DNA from: Bacteroidota bacterium
GTDB lineage: Bacteria > Bacteroidota > Bacteroidia > Chitinophagales > Chitinophagaceae
NCBI GenBank assembly: GCA_023391015.1
Contig: JAEWBT010000047.1
Location: forward strand, 8,119 to 72,118
Direction of reading: 5' to 3'
Length of the DNA: 64,000 nucleotides
Shown here: one piece after another, positions 52,299 to 61,724 of the stretch
How positions within the stretch are numbered: position 1 is the stretch's first letter
Layout of the letters: every line of letters starts with the position of its first letter
Notes under the pieces: generated by a model
What the model saw: the letters and a program-made list of their open reading frames with translations, nothing else
The model's database searches: none
What the model was told of the DNA's origin: nothing
Program-made: the position numbers and the translations under genes

Positions 52299-53291
52299 AT
52301 GTCGCTTATCAAAAAACCCCACCAGATTCAGATGCAGGCCTTCATCAAGGCTATGCTCTACGGCCAACCCGGCTCCCGCAAGTCCACCCTCGCCCTTTCC
52401 GCACCGGCTCCGCTACTGTTGGACTTTGATGGTGGTGTGAGCCGGATTGATTCCCACCATCATGTTGATACCGTCCAAATCCAATCCTGGCAAGATTGTC
52501 TGGATGTTCTTAAAGAGGATTTGAGTTCTTACAAAACGCTGGTAATTGACACTGCCGGAAAGATGCTGGATTTTATGGGCTTGTGGCTTATTCAGCGAAA
52601 CCCGAAACTGGGAAAAGCCAACGGCGCGCTCACCATGCAGGGATACGGCGAACGGAAAGCAGAGTTCAATGCATTTCTCAAACGTGTAGCCATGATGGGA
52701 AAGCACCTTGTTTTTGTGGCCCATGAAAAGGTAGAAAAGGATGGAGATCAGATAATCATCCGCCCGGAAATTGGCGGCAGTTCCGGAAGCGACTTGATTA
52801 AAGAACTGGACCTCGTTGGTTATACGCAACTGGTAGGAAACAGGAATACGGTTTCATTTGACCCGTGTGAGAAATTTTACGGAAAAAATACCTGCAAGCT
52901 ACCGGCACTTATTGAAATTACCGAAACGCTGCGAATTGAAAACGATACGCACGGGAATGCTGTAAGTGTGCCTATTGCGCCCAATAATCAGCTTTCCGGA
53001 ATTTTTGAAAAATACCAGAAGGGGTTGGAAAGCCGGCAAGAGATGGCGGCTGACTACGCGGATTTGCTGAACGTGATAGCAAATACAGTTGAGGGAGTGA
53101 TGGACGCGGAGACGGCAAACGAAGTTTCGGACTGGGCTCGGACGTTTGAGGGCCACATTTGGGACAGCAAGATGCAGACCGCCCTGCGTCTGAAAGAGCG
53201 GACTAAAGAGTTGGGCCTTACGTTGGATGGCGCTACCAAAAAATATGTAGCTGCAGAGCCAGCAAATCAAAAGGAGGTGGCCAATGGCTAA
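52299..53291 (+). CDS. AAA_24 / Sak4-like RecA-fold ATPase (phage recombination)
   Basis: Walker A LYGQPGSRKST and Walker B TLVIDTAGKM. ATG at 52299 preferred. Confidence 0.7.
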   Translation: MSLIKKPHQIQMQAFIKAMLYGQPGSRKSTLALSAPAPLLLDFDGGVSRIDSHHHVDTVQIQSWQDCLDVLKEDLSSYKTLVIDTAGKMLDFMGLWLIQRNPKLGKANGALTMQGYGERKAEFNAFLKRVAMMGKHLVFVAHEKVEKDGDQIIIRPEIGGSSGSDLIKELDLVGYTQLVGNRNTVSFDPCEKFYGKNTCKLPALIEITETLRIENDTHGNAVSVPIAPNNQLSGIFEKYQKGLESRQEMAADYADLLNVIANTVEGVMDAETANEVSDWARTFEGHIWDSKMQTALRLKERTKELGLTLDGATKKYVAAEPANQKEVANG

Positions 53292-53619
53292 GTTTAAAAT
53301 TGTTGGCAATTGCGCCAACTGCGGGGCGCCTGACGCCATACACCATTTCGACACAATGCAATGTCCGAAAGGCGGAGAAGAAGCGCCCATTGGAAGAAGA
53401 CAGCTCTGGATGAGCAGTACTTATGAGGAGGTGTTGCCACCAACACAAGAAGCGCGCGTAAGAGATGCGGCTCTTGAATTGTTGGAGGCGCTATTAGCTA
53501 TTAAAGGTGCAAGCGTTGATGGCTTTAAGGGTTGGGCTGAGGGCTACGCTGATGCTATCAAAAAAGCCGAAGCCGCTATCGCTAAAGCAACCGGACGGGA
53601 GGGCCAACCCAATGGTTAA
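53284..53619 (+). CDS. hypothetical phage protein (CxxC...C zinc-ribbon-like N-terminus)
   Basis: 111-aa ORF containing GNCANCGAPD...MQCPKGG. Confidence 0.4.
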   Translation: MAKFKIVGNCANCGAPDAIHHFDTMQCPKGGEEAPIGRRQLWMSSTYEEVLPPTQEARVRDAALELLEALLAIKGASVDGFKGWAEGYADAIKKAEAAIAKATGREGQPNG

Positions 53620-54307
53620 GCCAAAATATAAGTTCTATGCAACGTTGCTGGACTCCTACCAACACTATTTAAAAAGCGACAGAGAGGAGGCCTTCCAAGA
53701 GTTTATCAACAAGGTAAACCGCGTTCCTTTCACTTCCGAGGCTGCCAATCGTGGTATCGCTTTCAACGAACTTCTGGACTCCCTGCTGCAAATGGCAGGG
53801 AGTGCGGATTGCCGGAAACGGCGGGAACTGGAAGTGTATCTGGATCTGCCCGGAGAGGCCGGCATCCGGCACGGTGGCTTTGAGTTCCGGAAAAGCATCG
53901 TGGAGTATTTCCGGGAAAGGCTCACCGGCTCGGTGTGCCAGGTGTTTGTAAAAGCCACCCTCCCAACCCGCTACGGCGACGTTGAACTCTATGGATACAT
54001 CGATAACCTACTGGCCGGTTCTGCCCTGGATGTGAAGACCTGCAACCGCTACGACTTCCCAAAGTTTAACCGCAACTGGCAGCACATCGTTTACCCGTAC
54101 TGTCTTATACAGCAAGGGATTTCCGAAGAAGTTTCCGGGCAGTTCACCTACGAAGTAACAGACTTCAAAGACACTTACCGGGAAGAATACATCTATCAGG
54201 CAGAACGGGACCTTCCCCGGCTACAAAGCCACTGTGAGAGCCTGATTGAATTTCTGGAGCAACATCGCAGCCGGATAACTGACCGGAAAGTATTTGCATT
54301 AGACTAA
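53612..54307 (+). CDS. PD-(D/E)XK (RecB/Cas4-like) nuclease
   Basis: LYGYIDNL...ALDVKT...WQHIVYPY is a D...D-x-K...Q-x-x-x-Y pattern. The ATG at 53612 overlaps the previous stop. Confidence 0.6.
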   Translation: MVKPKYKFYATLLDSYQHYLKSDREEAFQEFINKVNRVPFTSEAANRGIAFNELLDSLLQMAGSADCRKRRELEVYLDLPGEAGIRHGGFEFRKSIVEYFRERLTGSVCQVFVKATLPTRYGDVELYGYIDNLLAGSALDVKTCNRYDFPKFNRNWQHIVYPYCLIQQGISEEVSGQFTYEVTDFKDTYREEYIYQAERDLPRLQSHCESLIEFLEQHRSRITDRKVFALD

Positions 54308-54573
54308 GAGCACTTTTTCAGCGGGAGACATTGCCCTGTGCCGCCGCCTTGCGGCTGGGTAACCAACACACATAGGTCGTCTGCGAGTCTGTTCCCGCTG
54401 GCCCTTTCGCTCAAGGGTTTTTTGTTGCAGGCAAGATGACCAGAGGCGCGGCTACTGCGAGAGTGTAGCAACCTGGGGTGTGGTGTAATGGACATGCACG
54501 GCGCAGCGCACGCAGGATCCTGTTCGAATCAGGGCGCCCCCCACACTTTTTTCATTTCAAATCCTTTTTTAAA

Positions 54574-54924
54574 ATGGCGACAAATAATGCCACACTCGAC
54601 TGCTGGTGCATCGTTGAACTCTTTGGCCATGCCCGGATTGCCGGAAAATGTACCGAGCAAAGTATCGCTGGGGCAAACATGCTCCGTGTAGATGTTCCGG
54701 AAACCGAAAAACAACCGGCGTTTACTCGCTTCTTCGGAAACGCTGCTATCTACGCCATCAATCCGGTGGACGAACAGACCGCCCGCACAGTTGCCGTAGG
54801 TCTTGACAAGCAGCCTGTACAAATCTGGGAACTGCGCTCTATGCTGGACAAGCAAAAGCAGTTGCCTTCATCCGATGAAGCCGCGACATACGGGGGCGAT
54901 TTTGACCCATCCGAGGATTACTAA
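54574..54924 (+). CDS. hypothetical phage protein
   Basis: 116 aa from the ATG at 54574. Confidence 0.45.
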   Translation: MATNNATLDCWCIVELFGHARIAGKCTEQSIAGANMLRVDVPETEKQPAFTRFFGNAAIYAINPVDEQTARTVAVGLDKQPVQIWELRSMLDKQKQLPSSDEAATYGGDFDPSEDY

Positions 54925-54948
54925 TCTTAATAAACTCCATTTCACAAC

Positions 54949-55875
54949 ATGGCAACCCAAAAGCATTTTTTCCTAACCGGCGACCGGGTGCGTTGCACTG
55001 ACGACGATACGGTCGGCGTAATTGAGAGCACCAATTCGCCTATTACCCGCGGCCACATCGACCTCCGGCTGGATGAGCCCAACGCGGACGGCAATACCCT
55101 TGTTACTTGCCACCCCGACCTGCTGGTGCCGTACAATCCGGACGCAGAGCCACGTAACTACATCATCACCGCAGCGGCCATTAAGGACCAGCTCTGCAAC
55201 TACTCGTTCCTCACCACCGGCGGGCTGGGTACCGGCGATGTCCACAGCGTAAAAGGAAGCGGCATTGTAAAGCCGGACATGAACGACGCGTTCCAAGCCC
55301 TGAATGTACATCTGGCGGTTATTGACGACGTGTTTAAGCACAGCGGAATTACCCTTGACTACATCGACAAATTCCACGGCCACGAGCTCACCTGGCTTTA
55401 CGGCGTTTCCGGAATTAAGATTATCGGCGGGCAGGAAAACGAGAGCGTCGTACTGATTGGTAGTAAACAGGTAAGCGCCGCCGGTGGCCGGATTGACCTC
55501 AGCAGCCCGAAAATCCCGCTGGACGGCATGTCCTCTTACCCGTGGTACAACGAGCTGCGGGAAGCGGTGGAGAAGGTTCGTGAGGAGGTAAGCCTCTACC
55601 GGGAGGGTAAATATGACGCTGCCGATGAGGAGGAGGAAAAGCCCAAAAAGAAGGGCAGGGGTAAACAGTTGACGATTGGCGACGCTCTGGGCGACTTTGT
55701 AGAGACACTTCAGGAGTCGGGTGCTACCCTATCGTTCCGTTCCGGAAAGGACGCAGCAGCCGGTGAGGATTCGGATGATGACGAAACGGGCAATCCGTTT
55801 GGAGGTTCCGGAAATTCATCTTTTCCATACCCTGCCACTGGATCAGATACTGATTTTGAAAACGCCCGGGTGTAG
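54949..55875 (+). CDS. hypothetical phage protein with acidic C-terminal tail
   Basis: 308 aa. The EDSDDDETGNPFGG...DTDFE tail is reminiscent of SSB-type interaction tails, a weak resemblance. Confidence 0.45.
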   Translation: MATQKHFFLTGDRVRCTDDDTVGVIESTNSPITRGHIDLRLDEPNADGNTLVTCHPDLLVPYNPDAEPRNYIITAAAIKDQLCNYSFLTTGGLGTGDVHSVKGSGIVKPDMNDAFQALNVHLAVIDDVFKHSGITLDYIDKFHGHELTWLYGVSGIKIIGGQENESVVLIGSKQVSAAGGRIDLSSPKIPLDGMSSYPWYNELREAVEKVREEVSLYREGKYDAADEEEEKPKKKGRGKQLTIGDALGDFVETLQESGATLSFRSGKDAAAGEDSDDDETGNPFGGSGNSSFPYPATGSDTDFENARV

Positions 55876-55877
55876 CA

Positions 55878-56096
55878 ATGAAATCTCTTTATCCCCGCAC
55901 TGGCATTTTCAGGACGGATACCGGCCAATACAAACTTCCGGAAGGATGGCTTTATGAGCTAAAGGAACTTGAAATCATTGGTGAGAGTAAGGAGTACTAT
56001 GAATACCGCCGAATCGGAGATGGCCGAAAACTTTCTATTCACCGCACCCATCTCCATCAGTGGAAAACGGGTCAGCAAACCCTTTTTCCAAGATGA
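55878..56096 (+). CDS. hypothetical phage protein
   Basis: 72-aa ORF whose stop overlaps the helicase start (ATGA). Confidence 0.4.
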   Translation: MKSLYPRTGIFRTDTGQYKLPEGWLYELKELEIIGESKEYYEYRRIGDGRKLSIHRTHLHQWKTGQQTLFPR

Positions 56097-57247
56097 GCTT
56101 CCAGCCCCGACCCTACCAGACCGAAGCCGTGAGCCGGGCCGTTGACTTTTTCAGCAGCGACCGGCCCGGCAATGGTCTTGAAATTTTGCCGACCGGTTCC
56201 GGAAAATCGGTGGTGATCGCCAACATCGCCAGCAATATTTCCGGAAAAACAGTGGTGTTTCAGCCCAGCAAAGAAATTCTGGAACAGAACTACCGGAAAT
56301 ATACCAGCTACGGCTACCGTGCGGGCATCTATTCGGCCAGCGCCGGGGCCAAACATCTGGGAGAGGTAACGTTTGCCACGATTGGCAGCGTGATCCGAAA
56401 GAAACACATCTTTCGGGAGTTCTCCAACATCATTATTGACGAATGTCATTTGGTGAACCCGGAGGGTGGCATGTACCACGACTTCATTAAGTCGCACGAC
56501 CACATGAAAGTACTGGGGCTAACGGCCACGCCCTACCGGCTCAGCTCCACCATGGAGGGCTCCATGCTGAAATTCCTGACCCGCACCAAGCCCCGGATTT
56601 TTGACCGCATCCTTTACAGTGTACAAAACAAAGTACTCTTTGATGCCGGCTTTCTGGCCCCGCTCGAGTACTTCAGTTTTGACGTGGTGGACCGGCGAAT
56701 GCTGATGGTGAACAGTAACGGTTCGGACTTCGACCAGCGGTCGCTGCGTCAGTACTACCAGAAAATCAACATGCCGCAGCAAACAGCCTACTGGGCAACC
56801 CGGCTGCTGGCAAAGCGTAAAAACCTGCTGATTTTCTGCTCCTTGCTGGAAGAAGCCTACCAGACCGCGCACCTGATTGATGGGGCCGTGGTGCTGACGG
56901 GTGATACACCGAAGCCGGAGCGGGAACGTATCCTGGCGGCTTTTACTTCCGGAAAAATCCGCTGCCTGGTGAACGTGGGTGTGCTGACCACCGGCTTTGA
57001 CTATCCAGAGCTGGAGTGCGTACTGCTGGCGCGTTCCACCATGAGCCTGGCGCTGTACTACCAGATGATTGGCCGGGTGATGCGGCCGCACCCCGGCAAG
57101 CAATCCGGCTGGGTGGTGGATCTGGGCGGCAACCTGGCCATGTTCGGAAAGATTGAAACAATGCGGCTGGAATGGGACCGAAACAGTAAACCCATCATCA
57201 CCAACGGTGGCCGGCAGCTCACCAACATCCTTTTCTCCAAAGCCTAA
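56093..57247 (+). CDS. SF2 DEAD/DEAH-box (ResIII-type) DNA helicase
   Basis: RPYQTEAV, LPTGSGKS, IIDECH, GLTATP and QMIGRVMR motifs. Confidence 0.8.
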   Translation: MSFQPRPYQTEAVSRAVDFFSSDRPGNGLEILPTGSGKSVVIANIASNISGKTVVFQPSKEILEQNYRKYTSYGYRAGIYSASAGAKHLGEVTFATIGSVIRKKHIFREFSNIIIDECHLVNPEGGMYHDFIKSHDHMKVLGLTATPYRLSSTMEGSMLKFLTRTKPRIFDRILYSVQNKVLFDAGFLAPLEYFSFDVVDRRMLMVNSNGSDFDQRSLRQYYQKINMPQQTAYWATRLLAKRKNLLIFCSLLEEAYQTAHLIDGAVVLTGDTPKPERERILAAFTSGKIRCLVNVGVLTTGFDYPELECVLLARSTMSLALYYQMIGRVMRPHPGKQSGWVVDLGGNLAMFGKIETMRLEWDRNSKPIITNGGRQLTNILFSKA

Positions 57248-57251
57248 AGCC

Positions 57252-57476
57252 ATGTACTACGATTCTGATGACCAGCCTCTTGAAAGTTTTGGTATTCGCT
57301 ACTGCCGCCATGTCAACAGGCAAAACACAGCACGGGTCGCCGCCATCAACCGGGAGCATTCCAGATTCAATTCCAACATGAACATATCCACGATAAAGTC
57401 AACGGATATGGATTTGGAAACGCTTATGCACCGTAAGGCTGAGGCCGAGGCCAAATCACTCAAATCCAGTTTTTAG
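57252..57476 (+). CDS. hypothetical phage protein
   Basis: 74 aa from the ATG at 57252. Confidence 0.4.
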   Translation: MYYDSDDQPLESFGIRYCRHVNRQNTARVAAINREHSRFNSNMNISTIKSTDMDLETLMHRKAEAEAKSLKSSF

Positions 57477-57497
57477 AAAGCCGGTTCCGTACCAGAA

Positions 57498-58565
57498 ATG
57501 AAGACCAAACAGCGTATCAACTATGTATCCCACCACAGGGCGGCTTCGCTGCGTATGGCAGAGGATGCGCAGCTGTCTTCAATAGACGTGTCGGTGTACA
57601 ACACGCTGTTTATGCTGTGGAATCTGTCTGGCTTTCCGGAAAGACTGCCAGCGGAGCCGGAGGAGGTTATGAAGATGGCCAAGGTAGGCAACATCCGCAC
57701 CTACCGGAAGGCATTGGAAACCTTGCAGGCGGGTGATTACATCGAGGTAAAAAGCCAGCGCGGTTCAGGTGGCGGAACCTTTATTTCCTTCGCCGATTTT
57801 TCCGGAAATGAAGATTCCAAATGGGGCAAAAGTGCCCTATCTGAAGGAGCGGCAAATGGGGCAAAAGTGCCCTATTTAAATAGAGCAGAATTGCCCCATT
57901 TAAACCGTCCAAATGGGGCAAAAGTGCCCTATTCATATAAGGAAGTACAAACTACAGATAATGTAGTTAAACATCCTACTACTGTACAAACCTTCGTTCC
58001 TAACGGAACGAGTGCGCCTTCGGCCGCACGGGCTGAAAAAAAAGAGGGCGAGAGTAAAATTCCGGAAGCCCAAACACCACCGCAGCCGCAGGCCCCAAAA
58101 GAAAAAAAGGTTGCGCCAAAAAAAGAAAAGGTAGAACCGGCTACCGCCCACTGGCGGGCGCTGGTGGAAGAGTGGTTCCGGTTTTACGCAGAAAAGCACG
58201 AGGGCAATAATCCCCGGTTCCGAAAATCGGACACGGCGCACTTCAAAGAAATCATTCAGGCGCTGGAAAGGCGCGCAATCGCCAAAGACGTAGCCTGGAC
58301 AGAGGAGGTGGCCGTCGAGCGGCTCCGCTATTTCCTCACCCATGCCTACGGGCGCAACTGGCTTCAAAAACATTTTCTCCTTCCCAATCTCAATTCCCAA
58401 TTCGATGCAATCGTTAATTCCAAACCAGAACAACAGCAACCTTCCGGCTCAGGTTTCCGAACAGGCGGTGGCGCTGTCATTGGCTCAGGCAATGAACATC
58501 ACGCCGCAAAACTTGCCGAGCGTGCTGCAGCATTTGCCCGTAAGCATGGAAACCCTACCGGTTGA
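57498..58565 (+). CDS. replication-initiator-like protein (winged-helix N-terminus) containing internal iterons
   Basis: 355 aa. The N-terminal wHTH-like region and in-gene iterons are analogous to lambda O. The assignment is an inference. Confidence 0.5.
   Translation: MKTKQRINYVSHHRAASLRMAEDAQLSSIDVSVYNTLFMLWNLSGFPERLPAEPEEVMKMAKVGNIRTYRKALETLQAGDYIEVKSQRGSGGGTFISFADFSGNEDSKWGKSALSEGAANGAKVPYLNRAELPHLNRPNGAKVPYSYKEVQTTDNVVKHPTTVQTFVPNGTSAPSAARAEKKEGESKIPEAQTPPQPQAPKEKKVAPKKEKVEPATAHWRALVEEWFRFYAEKHEGNNPRFRKSDTAHFKEIIQALERRAIAKDVAWTEEVAVERLRYFLTHAYGRNWLQKHFLLPNLNSQFDAIVNSKPEQQQPSGSGFRTGGGAVIGSGNEHHAAKLAERAAAFARKHGNPTG
57817..57932 (+). repeat. iterons: 3 x CAAATGGGGCAAAAGTGCCCTAT plus one inverted half-site (candidate phage ori)
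   Basis: Copies at 57817-57840, 57853-57875 and 57909-57932. Each contains the dyad GGGCA-N4-TGCCC. An inverted TTGCCCCATTT half-site lies at 57891-57901. Confidence 0.6.
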
Positions 58566-59259
58566 AGCGCTGCGGCTTAGAACGCCCTCTCTTTCCCAAA
58601 TCACAGCCCATTATGGCGGCGATAGGGAAATGTCCCTAATCGTGATTGAGGCTTTCGTTTTGAAGATAACGAGCTTCTACGGGGTGGTCTATGACGAGAT
58701 CCAGCTTTCGGAATTGGTTGCAGAGGCCTACAAGGGGTACTACTGGATGAGCCTTGCGGAGTGGAAGCTGTTTGAGGAAAAAATCAGGTCGGGGGCATTC
58801 GGAAAACAGTACCACAAGCTTTCCCCGGCGGTGCTGATGGATCACCTCGGAACATTCGCTTTGAGTTGCGAAGACGCAAGGGCCGGGCAGGACAGGGTGC
58901 GGACGGCACAGCAAATTCAACAACAGCAGGCCGAACGCCCGGCAGATAAATGGGTGCTGAAATACTGCCCGTTCCTGCGTATCCCCTACTGGTCGGAGCG
59001 TTACGTTTCGGATGCCAAAATGCAGGCCTTGCGGCGGCAGTTAAGCCAGAATGCGGCGCAGATGAAAGCAGAAAGAGACGCGGAGTTCGCCGAGCGCCAG
59101 CGCCGGAAAACCGCCGAACGCAAGGCTGAAAGCGAAGCGGCTATGCGCCAATGGTGCAAAGACCGGGGCCTGAATTACGAAAACTGGAAGGCCCAAATGG
59201 ACGCGGAAGAAAAAAGCATCCGGCAGGAGGTGCCCCAGCCCCAACAAACAAATTCTTAA
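58546..59259 (+). CDS. hypothetical phage protein (charged/coiled C-terminus)
   Basis: ORF in the replication module. The start is uncertain (ATG at 58546 or 58492). Confidence 0.4.
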   Translation: METLPVEALRLRTPSLSQITAHYGGDREMSLIVIEAFVLKITSFYGVVYDEIQLSELVAEAYKGYYWMSLAEWKLFEEKIRSGAFGKQYHKLSPAVLMDHLGTFALSCEDARAGQDRVRTAQQIQQQQAERPADKWVLKYCPFLRIPYWSERYVSDAKMQALRRQLSQNAAQMKAERDAEFAERQRRKTAERKAESEAAMRQWCKDRGLNYENWKAQMDAEEKSIRQEVPQPQQTNS

Positions 59260-59280
59260 AACCAACTAAAGCTAAAAACG

Positions 59281-60336
59281 ATGGCTGAGAACACAGAAAT
59301 TTCATGGTGCGACCACACCTTAAACTTGTGGTGGGGATGTACCGAGGTACACGCAGGCTGCGATAACTGCTACGCGAAAACATTGGCTACCCGCTGGGGG
59401 TTTGATGTTTGGGGCGCTCCCGGAAGTAAAGGCGGTGTCCGGCGTGTTATTCAGAGCGCTTGGAAAGACCTTGACCGCTATCAGCGCAATGCCGCGAAAG
59501 ACGGCGTTATCCGGACGGTATTCGTCGGTTCCATGATGGACATCTTCGAGAAGCCGATGCTGGTAGTAAACATCGAAGGCGATGCTTTGTATCTGGAATC
59601 TGCCCCAGATCCCAATATGCGCGCCGATACAGGACACCTGCGTAATCGATTTTTTCACGAAATCAGCGAAGGCAAGTATCCCAACCTGCTGTTCCTGCTG
59701 CTGACAAAGCGGCCCAGCAATATCAACAAATACATTCCGGAAAGCTGGCGCAATTTCGGCGCTCCCAACAATGTCATGTTTGGAACCAGTGTGGTCAATC
59801 AGGAGACCGCCGACAAGCTGATACCGCAACTGCTGGAAGTGAAAGGCAAGCGGTTTCTTTCATGCGAACCGCTGCTGGGGTCGGTGAACCTGAAAGAGTG
59901 GATTGGAACGGCAAGAGACCGCGCATTCTTTCATTACAAGCGAACTCCACATGAAACCAGTTGGAGCGAAGAAAATGATACAGCCACCTGTGAACAAGGA
60001 TGCGATTTGGATTCGGCACGTATTGACTGGGTTATTGTCGGCGGCGAATCCGGACACCATGCCCGCCCGATGCACCCTGACTGGGCGCAATCAATACAAA
60101 AGCAATGTGCAGAAGCAGGGGTGAAGTTCCACTTCAAACAGTGGGGGGAATGGATTGCCATGTCTCAGGCTATGCACCCGGTAGAACTCGCCGATGGTGA
60201 GGAGTATTCCATCAGCCTAAAATTTCCGGACAACGGCATTATCAAAATTGGAGATGATGCAATGGTGCGGTCTGGCAAAAAAGCCGCCGGTCGTCTGCTT
60301 GACGGTAAAGAATACAACGCACTGGCAACGGATTAG
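59281..60336 (+). CDS. phage Gp37/Gp68 family protein (DUF5131)
   Basis: N-terminal ISWCDHTLNLWWGCTEVHAGCDNCYA signature and a later WVIVGGESG. Confidence 0.7.
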   Translation: MAENTEISWCDHTLNLWWGCTEVHAGCDNCYAKTLATRWGFDVWGAPGSKGGVRRVIQSAWKDLDRYQRNAAKDGVIRTVFVGSMMDIFEKPMLVVNIEGDALYLESAPDPNMRADTGHLRNRFFHEISEGKYPNLLFLLLTKRPSNINKYIPESWRNFGAPNNVMFGTSVVNQETADKLIPQLLEVKGKRFLSCEPLLGSVNLKEWIGTARDRAFFHYKRTPHETSWSEENDTATCEQGCDLDSARIDWVIVGGESGHHARPMHPDWAQSIQKQCAEAGVKFHFKQWGEWIAMSQAMHPVELADGEEYSISLKFPDNGIIKIGDDAMVRSGKKAAGRLLDGKEYNALATD

Positions 60337-60518
60337 CTTTCCTTGCCCGGCTTTTGGGGGAGTTGGTCGCGGTTGGCTTCGACAAAAGCAGCTATAAGCC
60401 GGACGGCGGTGTCATTAGCAGAGCGCCCTTCTACGATTTCGGCCAAGACCTTAAAATCTTCCCATAGCTCGGTTTTCAGGTATAATACCGGGCGAACCTT
60501 ATCCAATGATTTAGCCAT
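60333..60518 (-). CDS. small hypothetical protein (possible ribbon-helix-helix regulator)
   Basis: 61 aa from the ATG at 60518. It is the only minus-strand gene in this module and is divergent from the repeat array. Confidence 0.35.
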   Translation of the reverse strand: MAKSLDKVRPVLYLKTELWEDFKVLAEIVEGRSANDTAVRLIAAFVEANRDQLPQKPGKES

Positions 60519-60542
60519 AGCGGCAAAAGTAAGCAAAATATT

Positions 60543-60640
60543 TGCTATCAAAGTGCTATCATTTTATTAACAGGATTTTTACAAAACAGGCGTATAAATT
60601 GCTATCACTTTGCTATCAAAATGCTATCTTTGTGGTATCA
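60543..60640. promoter_or_regulatory. six TG(C/G)TATC(A) boxes, four of them in perfect 11-bp phase
   Basis: Boxes start at 60543, 60554, 60600, 60611, 60622 and 60633, in the divergent intergenic region. Confidence 0.55.
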
Positions 60641-60655
60641 AAACACAAACAGAAA

Positions 60656-60982
60656 ATGACTACCGTAATCACCACCGACTTCTACAACCGATATGCTTTC
60701 AGCAGTGACCGCAAGGAGCTGGCCGACAACCACTGGGACTGCGAAATCTTCGAGAACCGTCCCGGCACAGACGCACCACGCTACAAAGTCCGGATTTGGT
60801 TTTTCGCGGATTCTTCGGATTGCGTGGTAGGTGACCGGAGCATGGGTAGCGAACTGGTAGCAAGCGCTGAAAGAATTGAGGTTTTGGAGGGCTGCTTTAT
60901 CGCTTTCCTGAATTACGAAGGTTCTCTGGAAGACATCACTATCGCCTATAACGAAGCCCTGAATAAAGCCTACGCTGCCTAA
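60656..60982 (+). CDS. hypothetical phage protein
   Basis: 108 aa from the ATG at 60656. Confidence 0.4.
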   Translation: MTTVITTDFYNRYAFSSDRKELADNHWDCEIFENRPGTDAPRYKVRIWFFADSSDCVVGDRSMGSELVASAERIEVLEGCFIAFLNYEGSLEDITIAYNEALNKAYAA

Positions 60983-61018
60983 GTGCAGCGGGCTTCACCC
61001 TTCAAAATTTCCGGAAAA

Positions 61019-61243
61019 ATGCACGACTTCAATCCCATCTCCCACCCCATCGCTTCTCGGTACAGCGCCGATGAAATCGAAGGTATCCTGCAACGCCTGG
61101 GCGCTTACTCCAACAGTGCCAAGCGTTTTTCTCAAACGGGCTATGCGCCCATGCGGGAAGAACACGCCCGCATCGCGAAGGCTACAAACCGCATCCTGAC
61201 ACCCGCCAATTGGCATTTAGATGCTGAGGAAGCCGGATTTTAA
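61019..61243 (+). CDS. hypothetical phage protein
   Basis: 74 aa from the ATG at 61019. Confidence 0.35.
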   Translation: MHDFNPISHPIASRYSADEIEGILQRLGAYSNSAKRFSQTGYAPMREEHARIAKATNRILTPANWHLDAEEAGF

Positions 61244-61275
61244 AATCAAAACACAGAAAATAAAAACGCAATTAT

Positions 61276-61494
61276 ATGAACACTGCCACTACCCAAGAAG
61301 AATTCTGCACCCAGCAACACGCCCAGGCTCTTGCCGAGATGGGGTTTCCGCAGGATGAATCCGATCACTGCTGGTGCAAAGGCGAGAAAGGCACCTGGGA
61401 ACTGCTCCCTATCTCCGCGATAGAAGATGCGATAGAATGCTTTGCCGCCCCACGGCTATCCGAAGCGGTGTCTTTCCAGAACGCTCTTTCTTAA
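61276..61494 (+). CDS. hypothetical phage protein
   Basis: 72-aa ORF. Confidence 0.4.
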   Translation: MNTATTQEEFCTQQHAQALAEMGFPQDESDHCWCKGEKGTWELLPISAIEDAIECFAAPRLSEAVSFQNALS

Positions 61495-61522
61495 CCCATC
61501 AATCTGTAAAAAATAATTCCTT

Positions 61523-61720
61523 ATGAGTGCTTGGAAATATGACCTCGATTATTGGGCGGAGCAGGATGCCCAAGCTGACGCCCGTGCAGAGCAGGAGCGC
61601 GAGATGGAAGAAGAGTGGCGCCAGTGGGAAGAGCGCAAAATTTCCGGAAACAATCCGGCTCCCCAGTCAGCTACCCCGGCAACAAACCCGACCTCAAACC
61701 CTTACGCAGACCTTTTTTGA
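61523..61720 (+). CDS. hypothetical acidic phage protein
   Basis: 65-aa ORF ending 5 bp before the MTase ATG. Confidence 0.35.
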   Translation: MSAWKYDLDYWAEQDAQADARAEQEREMEEEWRQWEERKISGNNPAPQSATPATNPTSNPYADLF

Positions 61721-61724
61721 TGCC

